DNA from: an uncultured Thermoleophilia bacterium
GTDB taxonomy: Bacteria > Actinomycetota > Thermoleophilia > Gaiellales > Gaiellaceae
Length of the DNA: 64,000 bases
Assembly (NCBI GenBank): GCA_963851065.1
Contig: CAWKNW010000017.1
Location: 165,198 to 229,197 of the forward strand
Direction: 5' to 3'
Positions 19,696-28,202 of this stretch are shown piece after piece. The notes under the pieces were generated by a model. That model was given only the letters and a program-made list of their open reading frames with translations, made no database searches and was not told the DNA's origin. A program made the translations under genes and the position numbers. Positions within the stretch are counted from its first letter, which is position 1. Each line of letters begins with the position of its first letter.

Positions 19696-19971
19696 ATGAC
19701 GGAGATTCGCATCCCTCCCGTGCTCCGCCCCGAGGCCGCCGGCAACCGCTCCGTCGCCGTCGATGCGTCGACCGTCCGCGAAGCCCTCGGCCGGCTGGTC
19801 GCCGAGTATCCGGCACTCGAGAGCCGGGTGCTCGACGGTGAAGGCGTGCCGAGCTTCCTCAATGTCTTCGTGGACGGAGACGACGTGCGGCTGCTCGACG
19901 GGTTGGAGACGCCCGTCGAGGCGACTTCGACGATTCTCCTGCTCCCGGCCGTCGCCGGCGGCGGGCTGTAG
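19696..19971 (+). CDS. MoaD/ThiS-family sulfur-carrier-like protein
   Basis: The 91-aa protein has a beta-grasp-like pattern. Its C-terminus is LLLPAVAGGGL, a Gly-Gly followed by one extra residue or so. Confidence 0.75.
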   Translation: MTEIRIPPVLRPEAAGNRSVAVDASTVREALGRLVAEYPALESRVLDGEGVPSFLNVFVDGDDVRLLDGLETPVEATSTILLLPAVAGGGL

Positions 19972-20045
19972 ACTCTCGACACGATGCACGGCGCGACCGA
20001 GAAGATGCTCGTCCTGATCACGGTCATCGCCTGCGCGCGACTGGC

Positions 20046-20075
20046 CTAGCCGGACACACCCGTCCTTCCGGCTAG
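20046..20075 (+). promoter_or_regulatory. stem-loop in the moaD-like/thrC-like spacer
   Basis: CTAGCCGGA-n12-TCCGGCTAG has perfect 9-bp arms. The 5' arm contains the TAG stop of a 21-codon mini-ORF at 19984..20049. Confidence 0.35.
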
Positions 20076-20100
20076 AGCCCGACCAGGGGACGGGGGCACG

Positions 20101-21309
20101 GTGACGATGACGCCGTTCGCGCTTCGCTGCCGCGTGTGCGAAGAGGTGGCACCGCCGGAGCCGCTCGACGCCTGCCGGCGCTGCGACGGCCCGACCGATG
20201 TGACCTACGACTGGGACCGCGTGGCCCGGCTCGCGACGCGCGAGGCGATCGCGGGCGGGCCGGCCTCGTTGTGGCGCTACCACCCACTCCTGCCGGCCGG
20301 CGCCCGCATCGAGCACGGCGCCGGGTGGACCCCGCTTCGGCGTGCCGAGCGCCTGTCCGAGGCGCTTGGCATCGACCTGCGTCTGAAGCTCGAGGACACG
20401 AACCCGACGCGCTCCTACAAGGACCGTCTTGCAGCGGTCGCCGTCTCGGCTGCGCTCGATCACGGCGTCACGACACTCTGCTGCTCGTCGACCGGCAACC
20501 TGGGTGACGCCGTCGCCGCGGGCGCCTCCGCAGCCGGGCTCGAGGCAGTCGTGCTCGCCCCGGAGGGCGGCGAGTCGGCGGCGGTCGCCGCACGCCACCC
20601 CGGCGCCCACGTCTTCGCCGTCGACGGGACGTATGACGAGTGCCGCCGGCTCGAGCTCGAGCTGGGCTCGCTGTTCCCGTGGGGATTCGTGAGCGGGAAC
20701 CTGCATCCCTACGCGTCCGAGGGCGCGAAGACGATCTCGTTCGAGGTCGCCGAGCAGCTGGGCTGGCGGCTGCCCGACGCCGTCGTGTGCCCCGCGGCGA
20801 GCGGGACGCTGTTCTCGAAGCTCGCGCAGGGGTTCACCGAGCTCGTCCGCGCAGGGCTCACCCATGGGCCGTTGCCCCGCCTCTTCGCCGCCCAGGCGCA
20901 GGGCTCGAGCCCGATCGCAGATGCCTTCACCGACGACCGCCGGATCTCTCGCGTCGAAGCCGATACGACATTCGCGTCGCTGGCGGTCGGCGACCCGTCG
21001 TACGGAGACCTCGCGATCGGAGCAGCACGCGCCACCGGCGGACGGATCGTCGCGGTGCCCGCGGAGGAGATCCGGGCGCACACGGAACTGCTCGCGTCCA
21101 CCAGCGGCGTCACGCCGGACGCGTCAGGCGGCGCAGCGCTCGGCGCTCTCGTCGACGCCGTCCGGCGGGGCGACATCCAGCCTGGAGCGCTCGTGGTGCT
21201 GGTCGTCACCGGTGCGAGGCCCGAGCCCTCGGACGGGGACGAGTCGCGTGCCACGACCGTGAGACCCGATGCGCGCGACGTCTTGGCGGCGCTCGGCCTG
21301 CGCTCCTGA
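20101..21309 (+). CDS. threonine-synthase-family PLP enzyme with an N-terminal Zn-ribbon (ThrC-like paralog A)
   Basis: The 402-aa protein contains CRVCEEV...CRRCDG (Cys4 ribbon), NPTRSYKDR (PLP lysine), SSTGNLG and a Gly-rich PLP phosphate loop. It is about 45% identical by eye to the ORF at 28199..29416. Confidence 0.85.
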   Translation: MTMTPFALRCRVCEEVAPPEPLDACRRCDGPTDVTYDWDRVARLATREAIAGGPASLWRYHPLLPAGARIEHGAGWTPLRRAERLSEALGIDLRLKLEDTNPTRSYKDRLAAVAVSAALDHGVTTLCCSSTGNLGDAVAAGASAAGLEAVVLAPEGGESAAVAARHPGAHVFAVDGTYDECRRLELELGSLFPWGFVSGNLHPYASEGAKTISFEVAEQLGWRLPDAVVCPAASGTLFSKLAQGFTELVRAGLTHGPLPRLFAAQAQGSSPIADAFTDDRRISRVEADTTFASLAVGDPSYGDLAIGAARATGGRIVAVPAEEIRAHTELLASTSGVTPDASGGAALGALVDAVRRGDIQPGALVVLVVTGARPEPSDGDESRATTVRPDARDVLAALGLRS

Positions 21310-21319
21310 TCGACCCACG

Positions 21320-23772
21320 ATGGCCGACACCGCCGCCCCGCTCCGCCGCGACGTCCGGCTGCTCGGGACGATTCTCGGCGACGTGCTCGTCGAGCAGGAA
21401 GGTCGCTGGCTGCTCGACCTCGTCGAGCGCATTCGCAGAGTCACGCGTGACGCGAGGCGCGACGGCACCGTCGCGACCACCGACGTGGTCGACGATCTCG
21501 ATCCCGACGCGCAGGCCCTCGTCCTCCGCGCGTTCGGGCTCTACTTCCAGCTCGCGAACCTCGCCGAGCAGCACCACCGGCTGCGCCGCCGCCGCGAGGA
21601 CGCGCACGAAGGGCGGACTCCCCGGGAGTCGCTCGAGGACGCGTTCCGGCGCCTCGCCTCCGTCGCGTCCGACGACCTGAGCAACGCGCGCGCGCCACGT
21701 CGGTCCGGCTCGTCCTCACCGCCCATCCGACCGAGGCGACGCGACGAACCGTGCTGCTCGCGCACATCAGGATCGTCGAGCAGCTCGTTCGGCTCGACGA
21801 CGCACGGCTGTCCGCAGACGAGCGGCGTGCAGCCGAGCAGCGGATCGCGGAGGAGGTCACGCTGCTGTGGCAGACCGACGAGGTTCGGCACGACCGGCTT
21901 CGCGTCACGGACGAGATCCGTCATGGGCTGTGGTTCTTCGAGCACAGCCTGATGTCGGCCGCGACCGATCTCTTCGGGGAGTGGCGCGAGCGGCTCCCCG
22001 GCGCGCCGCCGCCGATCTCGTTCGGCACGTGGATCGGCGGCGACCTCGACGGGAACCCGGCGACCGGTGAGGCTTCGATCAGGGAGGCGCTCGGTCGCGC
22101 TCGCAGGCTCGCCGTCGAGCGCTACCGGGCCGAGGTGCGCGCGCTCGCCGTCGAGCTCGCGCCGGCCCGCTCGCTCGTCCGCATCTCCGACGACCTCGAA
22201 GCGTCCCTCGCGCGCGACGAGAGCGAGCTGCCGGGTTACGCGGCCGAGATCGGGGCTCGCAACGAGCTCGAGCCGTACCGGCGGAAGCTCTCCTTCATGT
22301 GGTGGCGTCTCGGCAACGACGGCTACCGGCATCCGGAGGAGCTCCTCGCCGACCTCGGCGTGATCCGTGCGAGCCTCGCCGCCAACGGCGGAGCGAGGGT
22401 CGCCGACGGCCGCGTCGCGCGGCTCGAGCGGATGGTCGAGCTGTTCGGCTTTCACGTCGCCTCGCTCGACGTCCGCCTGCATGCTCGCGACCTCGAGGGC
22501 GAGCGCGCCGGACAGGCGGTCGCAGCGGCCGCCGAGGAGCGCCGCCGGCTCGGGCCGCGCGCGGTCGACACGCTGATCGTCTCGGGAACGTCGACTGCGG
22601 CGGACGTCGTCCGCGCACTCGCGCTGAGCGACGAGCCGCTCTCGGTCGTCCCGCTGTTCGAGACGATCGACGATCTCGAGCGCGCTCCGGAGATCCTCGA
22701 CGACCTGCTCGAAGACGAGCGGTTCGCAGCCCGGGTCGCCGCCCATGGCCGCAACGTCGAGGTCATGGTCGGCTACTCCGACTCGGGCAAGGACGGCGGC
22801 TTCCTCGCGGCCCAGTGGGCGATCTACCGCGCCCAGGAGCGGCTCGCCGACGTGGCGCGCCGACGAGGGGTCGAGCTGACGATCTTCCACGGCCGCGGCG
22901 GGAGCGCCGGTCGCGGCGGCGGGCCGACGCACGCGGCGATCGCCTCCCAGCCCCCCGGCCATCCGCCCGGCCGGGTCAAGCTCACCGAGCAGGGCGAGAC
23001 GATCTCGTTCAAGTACGGGCTCGAAGGGCTCGCACGCCGGAACCTCGAGGCCGCGCTCGCCGGAACCCTGCTCGCGACGTTTCCGGAGCACGCGTCGCCC
23101 CTTCCCACGGGGGCCGACCGCCGGACACTCGACCGGCTCGCCGAGAGCTCCCGCACCGCCTACCGGCGCTTCGTCTGGGAGAACGACGCGTTCGTCGGGT
23201 TCTTCCGCGCCTTCACCCCCGTCGCAGAGCTGACGTTGCTCGAGATCGCCTCACGTCCCGCCCGGCGTCCGGACGACGTGGACTTCCTGGCGTCGCTCCG
23301 GGCGATCCCTTGGGTCTTCTCGTGGACGCAGAACCGTGTGCTGCTGCCGGCCTGGTTCGGTTGCGGCACGGCGTTCGCGGCGGCCGGGGACGACACCCTC
23401 CGCGACCTCTACGAACGACTGCCCTTCTTCCGGACCGTCGTCGACAACCTCGAGATGACGCTCGCGAAGTCGAGCCTGCCGATCGCGCGTGGCTATCTCG
23501 CGCTGGTCGACGACCCCTCGCCGTTCGACGTGATCGCCGCCGAGCACGAGCGCACGGTCGCGGGCGTGCTCGCGGCAACGGGCGTCTCCCGGCTCCTCGA
23601 GCGCCAGCCGATGCTGCGGCGCTCGATCGATCTTCGCAACCCCTACGTCGACCCGATGAACGCCGTCCAGGTCGGCCTGCTCCGCCGCTTCCGCGCCGGC
23701 GACGACGGCGCGCAGCTCCCGCTGCTGCGCTCGATCGCCGGGATCGCGGCCGCGCTCCGAAATACCGGTTAG
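21320..23772 (+). pseudogene. ppc: phosphoenolpyruvate carboxylase, reading frame interrupted near 21686-21702
   Basis: The N-terminal 125 aa (MADTAAPLRRDVRLLGTILGDVL...FQLANLAEQHH) is in one frame (track ORF 21269..21952). The conserved VRLVLTAHPTEATRRTV and the remainder through GYSDSGKDGG, FHGRGGSAGRGGGP and the C-terminal RNTG are in the -1 frame (track ORF 21751..23772). The switch coincides with a (CG)5 tract at 21686-21695. Confidence 0.8.
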
Positions 23773-24008
23773 GGGCCAGGCACCGGTGACGAGTCTGTGA
23801 CGTCTTGTCCACAGGGGTGCGCTGGGGGCGCCATCGGTGCGATCCTGGCGCTCGTTGGACGCCGCGGGAGGTGTCGGGAGGACACCGCGGCGGGTTGGGG
23901 CTCGCTCGGAGCCGCCTCGACAACGTGCTCGGCCGGCAGGTGGGATGCCTGCCGCAGGCGGCCGCCGCATGGACCACGGCCCGCGGGGCTCGGCCGCCGT
24001 CTGCTGCG

Positions 24009-24599
24009 CTACGAGATGCCGGCCAGGTCGAAGCGCGGCCGGTACGTCGCCTCGAACGCGTCGATCGCCGCCTCCCGCTTGAGCGTCCGCGCGATCTCGT
24101 CGAGCCCGTGGACGAGCGTCTCCTGCGAGTGCGCGTCGAGCGCGAACTCGAGCCGCAGACCGTCGGGGTGCGTGATCACGAGCCGCTCCAGGTCGACCGT
24201 CAGCTCGTTCCGCCCCCCGACCGCCTCGCGCAGCCGCGCGACGTCCTCCGCGGGAAGCGCGATCGGAGCGAGCCCGGTATTGACGGCGTTCGTCCGGAAG
24301 ATGTCGCCGAAGGAGGGCGCGATCACGACGCGGAAGCCGAAGTCCTCGAGCGCCCAGGCCGCGTGCTCGCGCGACGAGCCGCAGCCGAAGTTGCGGCCGG
24401 CGATCAGGATCGCCGCGTCACGGCTCTCGGGCCGGTTGAGCACGAAGTCGGGATCGCGCATCCAGTCGAAGAACAGAAACTCGCCGTAGCCCGTCCGCTC
24501 GATCCGCTTCAGGAACTGCTTCGGGATGATCTGGTCGGTGTCGACATCGGCACGGTCGAGGACGACAGTGCTTCCGCTAACGGCCTTGAGCGCCCTCAT
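24009..24599 (-). CDS. leuD: 3-isopropylmalate dehydratase small subunit
   Basis: MRALKAVSGSTVVLDRADVDTDQIIPKQFLK and GRNFGCGSSREHA are present. The start is taken at the ATG at residue 8 of the track ORF. The preceding MAGAGAG belongs to the repeat element. Confidence 0.9.
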   Translation of the reverse strand: MRALKAVSGSTVVLDRADVDTDQIIPKQFLKRIERTGYGEFLFFDWMRDPDFVLNRPESRDAAILIAGRNFGCGSSREHAAWALEDFGFRVVIAPSFGDIFRTNAVNTGLAPIALPAEDVARLREAVGGRNELTVDLERLVITHPDGLRLEFALDAHSQETLVHGLDEIARTLKREAAIDAFEATYRPRFDLAGIS

Positions 24600-24663
24600 T
24601 CCCGCTCCAGCGCCGGCCAAGCCGGCACTTCCGCTCTTTGTGAGCCTCCGTCCAGCCTACGGC
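24600..24663 (-). repeat. conserved intergenic element, copy 1 (leuC|leuD spacer)
   Basis: This 64-nt spacer matches 35758..35821 at about 54 of 64 positions without gaps. It contains the palindrome GCCGGCCAAGCCGGC flanked by direct CCGCTC repeats. On the mRNA strand it ends in GGAGCGGGA immediately before the leuD ATG. Confidence 0.65.
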
Positions 24664-26061
24664 TCATGCCAGCTCCCGCACGTCGGCGAAGCGTCCCTTG
24701 AGCGCGGCGGCGGCGGCCATCGCCGGCGAGACGAGGTGCGTCCGCCCGCCCGCTCCCTGCCGGCCCTCGAAATTGCGGTTCGAGGTCGAGGCGCAGCGCT
24801 CTCCGGGCTGCAGCACGTCCGGGTTCATGCCGAGGCACATCGAGCAGCCGGCGCGACGCCACTCGAATCCTGCCGCCTGGAAGATCGCGTCGAGGCCCTC
24901 CTCCTCGGCCCGCCGCTTCACCTGCGCCGAGCCGGGCACGACGATCGCGTGCACGCCGTCGGCGACGCGCCGACCCGCCACGACCTGGGCGGCGATGCGC
25001 AGGTCCTCGATGCGCGCGTTGGTGCACGAGCCGATGAACACCTTGTCGATCGCGACCTCGACGAGCGGTGTTCCCGGCGCGAGGTCCATGTAGCGGAGCG
25101 CGCGTTCGACCGCGTCGCGCTGCTCGGGGTCGGAGAACTCGGCCGGGTCGGGGACGACGCCGTCGACCGGGGCGACCATCCCGGGATTCGTTCCCCACGT
25201 CACCTGGGGCTTCAGCCGCGACACGTCGATCGTCGCCGTCTCGTCGTACGCCGCGCCCCCGTCGGTCGGAAGCGCACGCCAGGCGTCGAGCGCGGCCTCC
25301 CACGCCGCTCCGGCGGGCGCGCACGGCCGTCCCTCCAGGTACGCGAAGGTGACGTCGTCCGGCGCGACCAGCCCGGCCCGTGCGCCGGCCTCGATCGACA
25401 TGTTGCAGACCGTCAAGCGGCCCTCCATCGAGAGCGCGCGGATCGCCCCGCCCGTGTACTCGATCACACGTCCTTGCCCGCCCGAGACGCCGATCTGGCC
25501 GATGGCCGCGAGCACCATGTCCTTCGCCGAGAGCCCGAACGGCAGCTCTCCGACGAAGTCGACCTGCATCGTCCGCGGCAGCATCTGCGGCAGCGTCTGG
25601 GTCGCGAGCACGTGCTCCACCTCGGACGTGCCGATGCCGAAGGCGAGCGCACCGAGCGCTCCGTGTGTCGAGGTGTGGCTGTCGCCGCAGACGATCGTCA
25701 TCCCCGGCTGCGTGAGCCCGAGCTCGGGGCCGATCACGTGCACGATTCCCTCGCGGCCGTTCCCGGTCGCAAACAGCAGAACGCCGAAGTCCTCGCAGTT
25801 TCGCCGCAGTGCCTCGAGTTGCGCCCGTGCGAGCGGATCGGTGATCGGGCCGTCGAGCGTCGGGACGTTGTGATCCATCGTCGCGACCGTGAGGTCCGGG
25901 CGCCGTACCCGCCGGCCGGCGACGCGCAGAGATTCGAACGCCTGCGGGCTCGTCACCTCGTGCACGAGATGCAGGTCGATGTACAGCAGCGCCGGACCGT
26001 CCGCCGTCCGGTCGACGACGTGCGCGTCCCAGACCTTGCGAAACAGCGTGCGCGGGCTCAT
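24664..26061 (-). CDS. leuC: 3-isopropylmalate dehydratase large subunit
   Basis: [28 protein letters not shown] and the aconitase-family Cys ligands ([19 protein letters not shown]) are present. It has an ATGA overlap with the pheA stop. Confidence 0.92.
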   Translation of the reverse strand: MSPRTLFRKVWDAHVVDRTADGPALLYIDLHLVHEVTSPQAFESLRVAGRRVRRPDLTVATMDHNVPTLDGPITDPLARAQLEALRRNCEDFGVLLFATGNGREGIVHVIGPELGLTQPGMTIVCGDSHTSTHGALGALAFGIGTSEVEHVLATQTLPQMLPRTMQVDFVGELPFGLSAKDMVLAAIGQIGVSGGQGRVIEYTGGAIRALSMEGRLTVCNMSIEAGARAGLVAPDDVTFAYLEGRPCAPAGAAWEAALDAWRALPTDGGAAYDETATIDVSRLKPQVTWGTNPGMVAPVDGVVPDPAEFSDPEQRDAVERALRYMDLAPGTPLVEVAIDKVFIGSCTNARIEDLRIAAQVVAGRRVADGVHAIVVPGSAQVKRRAEEEGLDAIFQAAGFEWRRAGCSMCLGMNPDVLQPGERCASTSNRNFEGRQGAGGRTHLVSPAMAAAAALKGRFADVRELA

Positions 26062-26882
26062 TTGACCTCCGCCGGATACGAGCCGAACAGCCGGAGCTCG
26101 CGCGTCTCGGCGCGCAGATCGCGCAGCGCCGGGCGCACGGTGGGATCGAAGACCTGCCCGTCGAGGACGACGTCGAACCGGTACCGCCACGGCGAGTTCG
26201 GCAACGGTCGAGACACGAGCTGCACCAGGTTGACGTTGTAGCGCGCGAACGCCCCGAGCGCGTGGAACAACGCACCCGGCCGATGGTCGGTGACGAACGA
26301 GAGCGCGGTTCGCCAGCCGTCGGCGCCTGCGATCTGCGTGTAGGGGGCAAGAGCGACGAAGCGCGTGAACGCCGCCGGGCGGTCACCGACGTCGTCGGCG
26401 ATCACCACGAGGTCGTAGTGGTCCGCCGCCTCGCGGCTCGCGATGGCGAGCTCCTTCGGGTCACGCGACTCCGCCACCTCGCGGGCGGCGTCGGCGGTCG
26501 TGGCCGCCGGGATGCAGCGAACGTCGAGGTCGGCGAGCAGGTCGCGGCACTGGTCGAAGGCGGCCGGGTGCGAGCGGAGAGTCGTCGCACCGTCGAGGCT
26601 CGCGCCTGCCACACCGACGACGCAGTGGAGGATGGGCAGCGACGCCTCCCGCACGATCGAGAGCGGCGCGCGGTAGAGCAGGTCGTGCGTCTCGGCGATC
26701 GGCCCGACCAGCGAGCTCTCGATCGGCAGCACGCCGAGGCTTACCTCGGCGGCCGCCGCCGCGTCGACCACGGCGGTGAAGCTGGGCAGGCCCACCGAGC
26801 AGACGGCGTCGGGAACGAGGACGGCCGCCGCCGCACCGCTGTGGCTGCCGGCAGGGCCGGGGTAGCCGACGGTGATGCTCAC
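26058..26882 (-). CDS. pheA: prephenate dehydratase with a C-terminal ACT domain
   Basis: This is 274 aa from the in-frame GTG of track ORF 26058..27725. Motifs are [26 protein letters not shown] and LVSRPL. It has a GTGA overlap with the leuB stop. Confidence 0.85.
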   Translation of the reverse strand: MSITVGYPGPAGSHSGAAAAVLVPDAVCSVGLPSFTAVVDAAAAAEVSLGVLPIESSLVGPIAETHDLLYRAPLSIVREASLPILHCVVGVAGASLDGATTLRSHPAAFDQCRDLLADLDVRCIPAATTADAAREVAESRDPKELAIASREAADHYDLVVIADDVGDRPAAFTRFVALAPYTQIAGADGWRTALSFVTDHRPGALFHALGAFARYNVNLVQLVSRPLPNSPWRYRFDVVLDGQVFDPTVRPALRDLRAETRELRLFGSYPAEVK

Positions 26883-27904
26883 CGGACGCCGCTCCCGCCG
26901 CTGGCGACGAGGCGTCCGGAGAGCGACGCCAGCACCGCGTCGCCGAACGCTGCAGTCGTTGCGTCTCCGCCCAGGTCCGGCGTCGGATGGGTTGTCAGCG
27001 TCTCCTCGACCGCCGCGACCACGGCTTCGGCGAGATCGCGCCGATCGAGCGAATGCTCGAGCAGCAGCGCGAGCGACCTCAGCATCGCCGCCGGGTTGGC
27101 GACGCCGGTGCCGGCGATGTCGGGCGCCGATCCGTGGACCGGCTCGAAGATGCCGGGACCGCCGTCGCCGAGGCTCGCCGACGCAGCCAGGCCGAGACCG
27201 CCGGTGACGGCCGCGGCGACGTCCGAGAGGATGTCCCCGAAGGTGTTCTCGGTCACGATCACGTCGAAGCGGTCGGCGTTCGTGACGAGCTCCATCGCCG
27301 CGCTGTCGACGAGCGCATGCCGCAGTTCGACGTCGGGATACTCCGCCGCCACCTCGGTGACGACCCGCCGCCAGAGGCGCGACGTATCGAGCACGTTTGC
27401 CTTGTCGACCGAGACGAGAGCCCCACTGCGACCGCGCGCGAGCTCGAACGCGCGGCGCGCAATCCGCTCCACCTGCGACGGGTGGTACTCGCACGTGTCG
27501 AAGACGGTGCCGTCGGACAGCACGCCGCGACGACCGAAGTAGAGCCCGCCGACGAGCTCCCGCACGATCAGGAGGTCGATACCGGACGCCGTCGCCGGCC
27601 GGAGGTTGGCGTAGACGTCGAGCGCCTTGCGCAGGCCCATCAGCCCCGCTTCGGGCCTGACGGCACCGCCGTCCCAGCGCGGGCCGCCGACGGCTCCGAG
27701 CAGGACCCCGCGCGCCTCCCGGCACGCATCGAGCGTCGCCGGCGGCAGTGGATCGCCGACCTCGTCGATCGCGGCGCCTCCGAACGGCAGGCTCACGACC
27801 TCGACGTCGACCGGCAGCTGCTCGAGCACGCGAACCGCCTGCTCTGCGACCTCCGGACCGATCCCGTCGCCGGGCAGGGAGACGATGAGGCCCCCGCTAC
27901 TCAT
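26879..27904 (-). CDS. leuB: 3-isopropylmalate dehydrogenase
   Basis: The 341-aa protein contains [36 protein letters not shown] and HGSAPDIAG, so all canonical motifs are present. Confidence 0.92.
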   Translation of the reverse strand: MSSGGLIVSLPGDGIGPEVAEQAVRVLEQLPVDVEVVSLPFGGAAIDEVGDPLPPATLDACREARGVLLGAVGGPRWDGGAVRPEAGLMGLRKALDVYANLRPATASGIDLLIVRELVGGLYFGRRGVLSDGTVFDTCEYHPSQVERIARRAFELARGRSGALVSVDKANVLDTSRLWRRVVTEVAAEYPDVELRHALVDSAAMELVTNADRFDVIVTENTFGDILSDVAAAVTGGLGLAASASLGDGGPGIFEPVHGSAPDIAGTGVANPAAMLRSLALLLEHSLDRRDLAEAVVAAVEETLTTHPTPDLGGDATTAAFGDAVLASLSGRLVASGGSGVR

Positions 27905-28202
27905 CGCGTACCTCGCGCTTCACGAGGTCGAGCACGAACCGGTGCAGCTCGGCGAGCCCGTCCTCGGAGAGCGGCCCGCCGTTGACGCGCTTCAAGTACT
28001 GCGCAAGCCACGCTTCGCGCGCCGGATCGAGGAAGTCGATGCCCCGCTGCACCTTGTAGCGCCGCAGCTTCTCGACCGCCTGGATGCGCGCGTTCACGAT
28101 GCCGAGCAGGCGCACGTCGAGCGCCACGATCTCGTCGCGGAACGACTTGATCACCGGATCCGTCGCCCCGGTCGTCGCGGACTCACGCTCCGGCGCCGTC
28201 AT
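27897..28202 (-). CDS. chorismate mutase (AroQ class)
   Basis: The 101-aa all-helical protein contains FRDEIVALDVRLLGIVNARIQAVEKLRRYK and DPAREAW. It has an ATGA overlap with the upstream stop. Confidence 0.8.
   Translation of the reverse strand: MTAPERESATTGATDPVIKSFRDEIVALDVRLLGIVNARIQAVEKLRRYKVQRGIDFLDPAREAWLAQYLKRVNGGPLSEDGLAELHRFVLDLVKREVRDE

Noticed and set aside
21686-21702. Programmed ribosomal frameshifting in ppc, and by analogy in dnaX.
   Set aside because: There is no X-XXY-YYZ slippery heptamer or downstream pseudoknot-like structure at the ppc break. dnaX shows a single continuous 523-aa frame without an A-rich slippery site. Slippage or a sequencing error at the (CG)5 tract is the simpler explanation.
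23773-24008. Hairpins in the convergent ppc/leuD gap as rho-independent terminators. They are GGTGTC-GGGAG-GACACC at about 23870-23886 and GGCAGG-TGGGATG-CCTGCC at about 23935-23953.
   Set aside because: The stems are short (6-7 bp, or interrupted) and lack U-tracts on either strand. They may still act as terminators in this high-GC organism, but the evidence is too weak to call as features.
24600-24620. A TTG-initiated N-terminal extension MAGAGAG on leuD, with the identical extension on ilvN at 35752..35778.
   Set aside because: The identity comes from the shared non-coding repeat element. LeuD and IlvN homologues begin at the downstream ATG and GTG respectively, and each is preceded by a GGAG Shine-Dalgarno sequence located inside the supposed extension.
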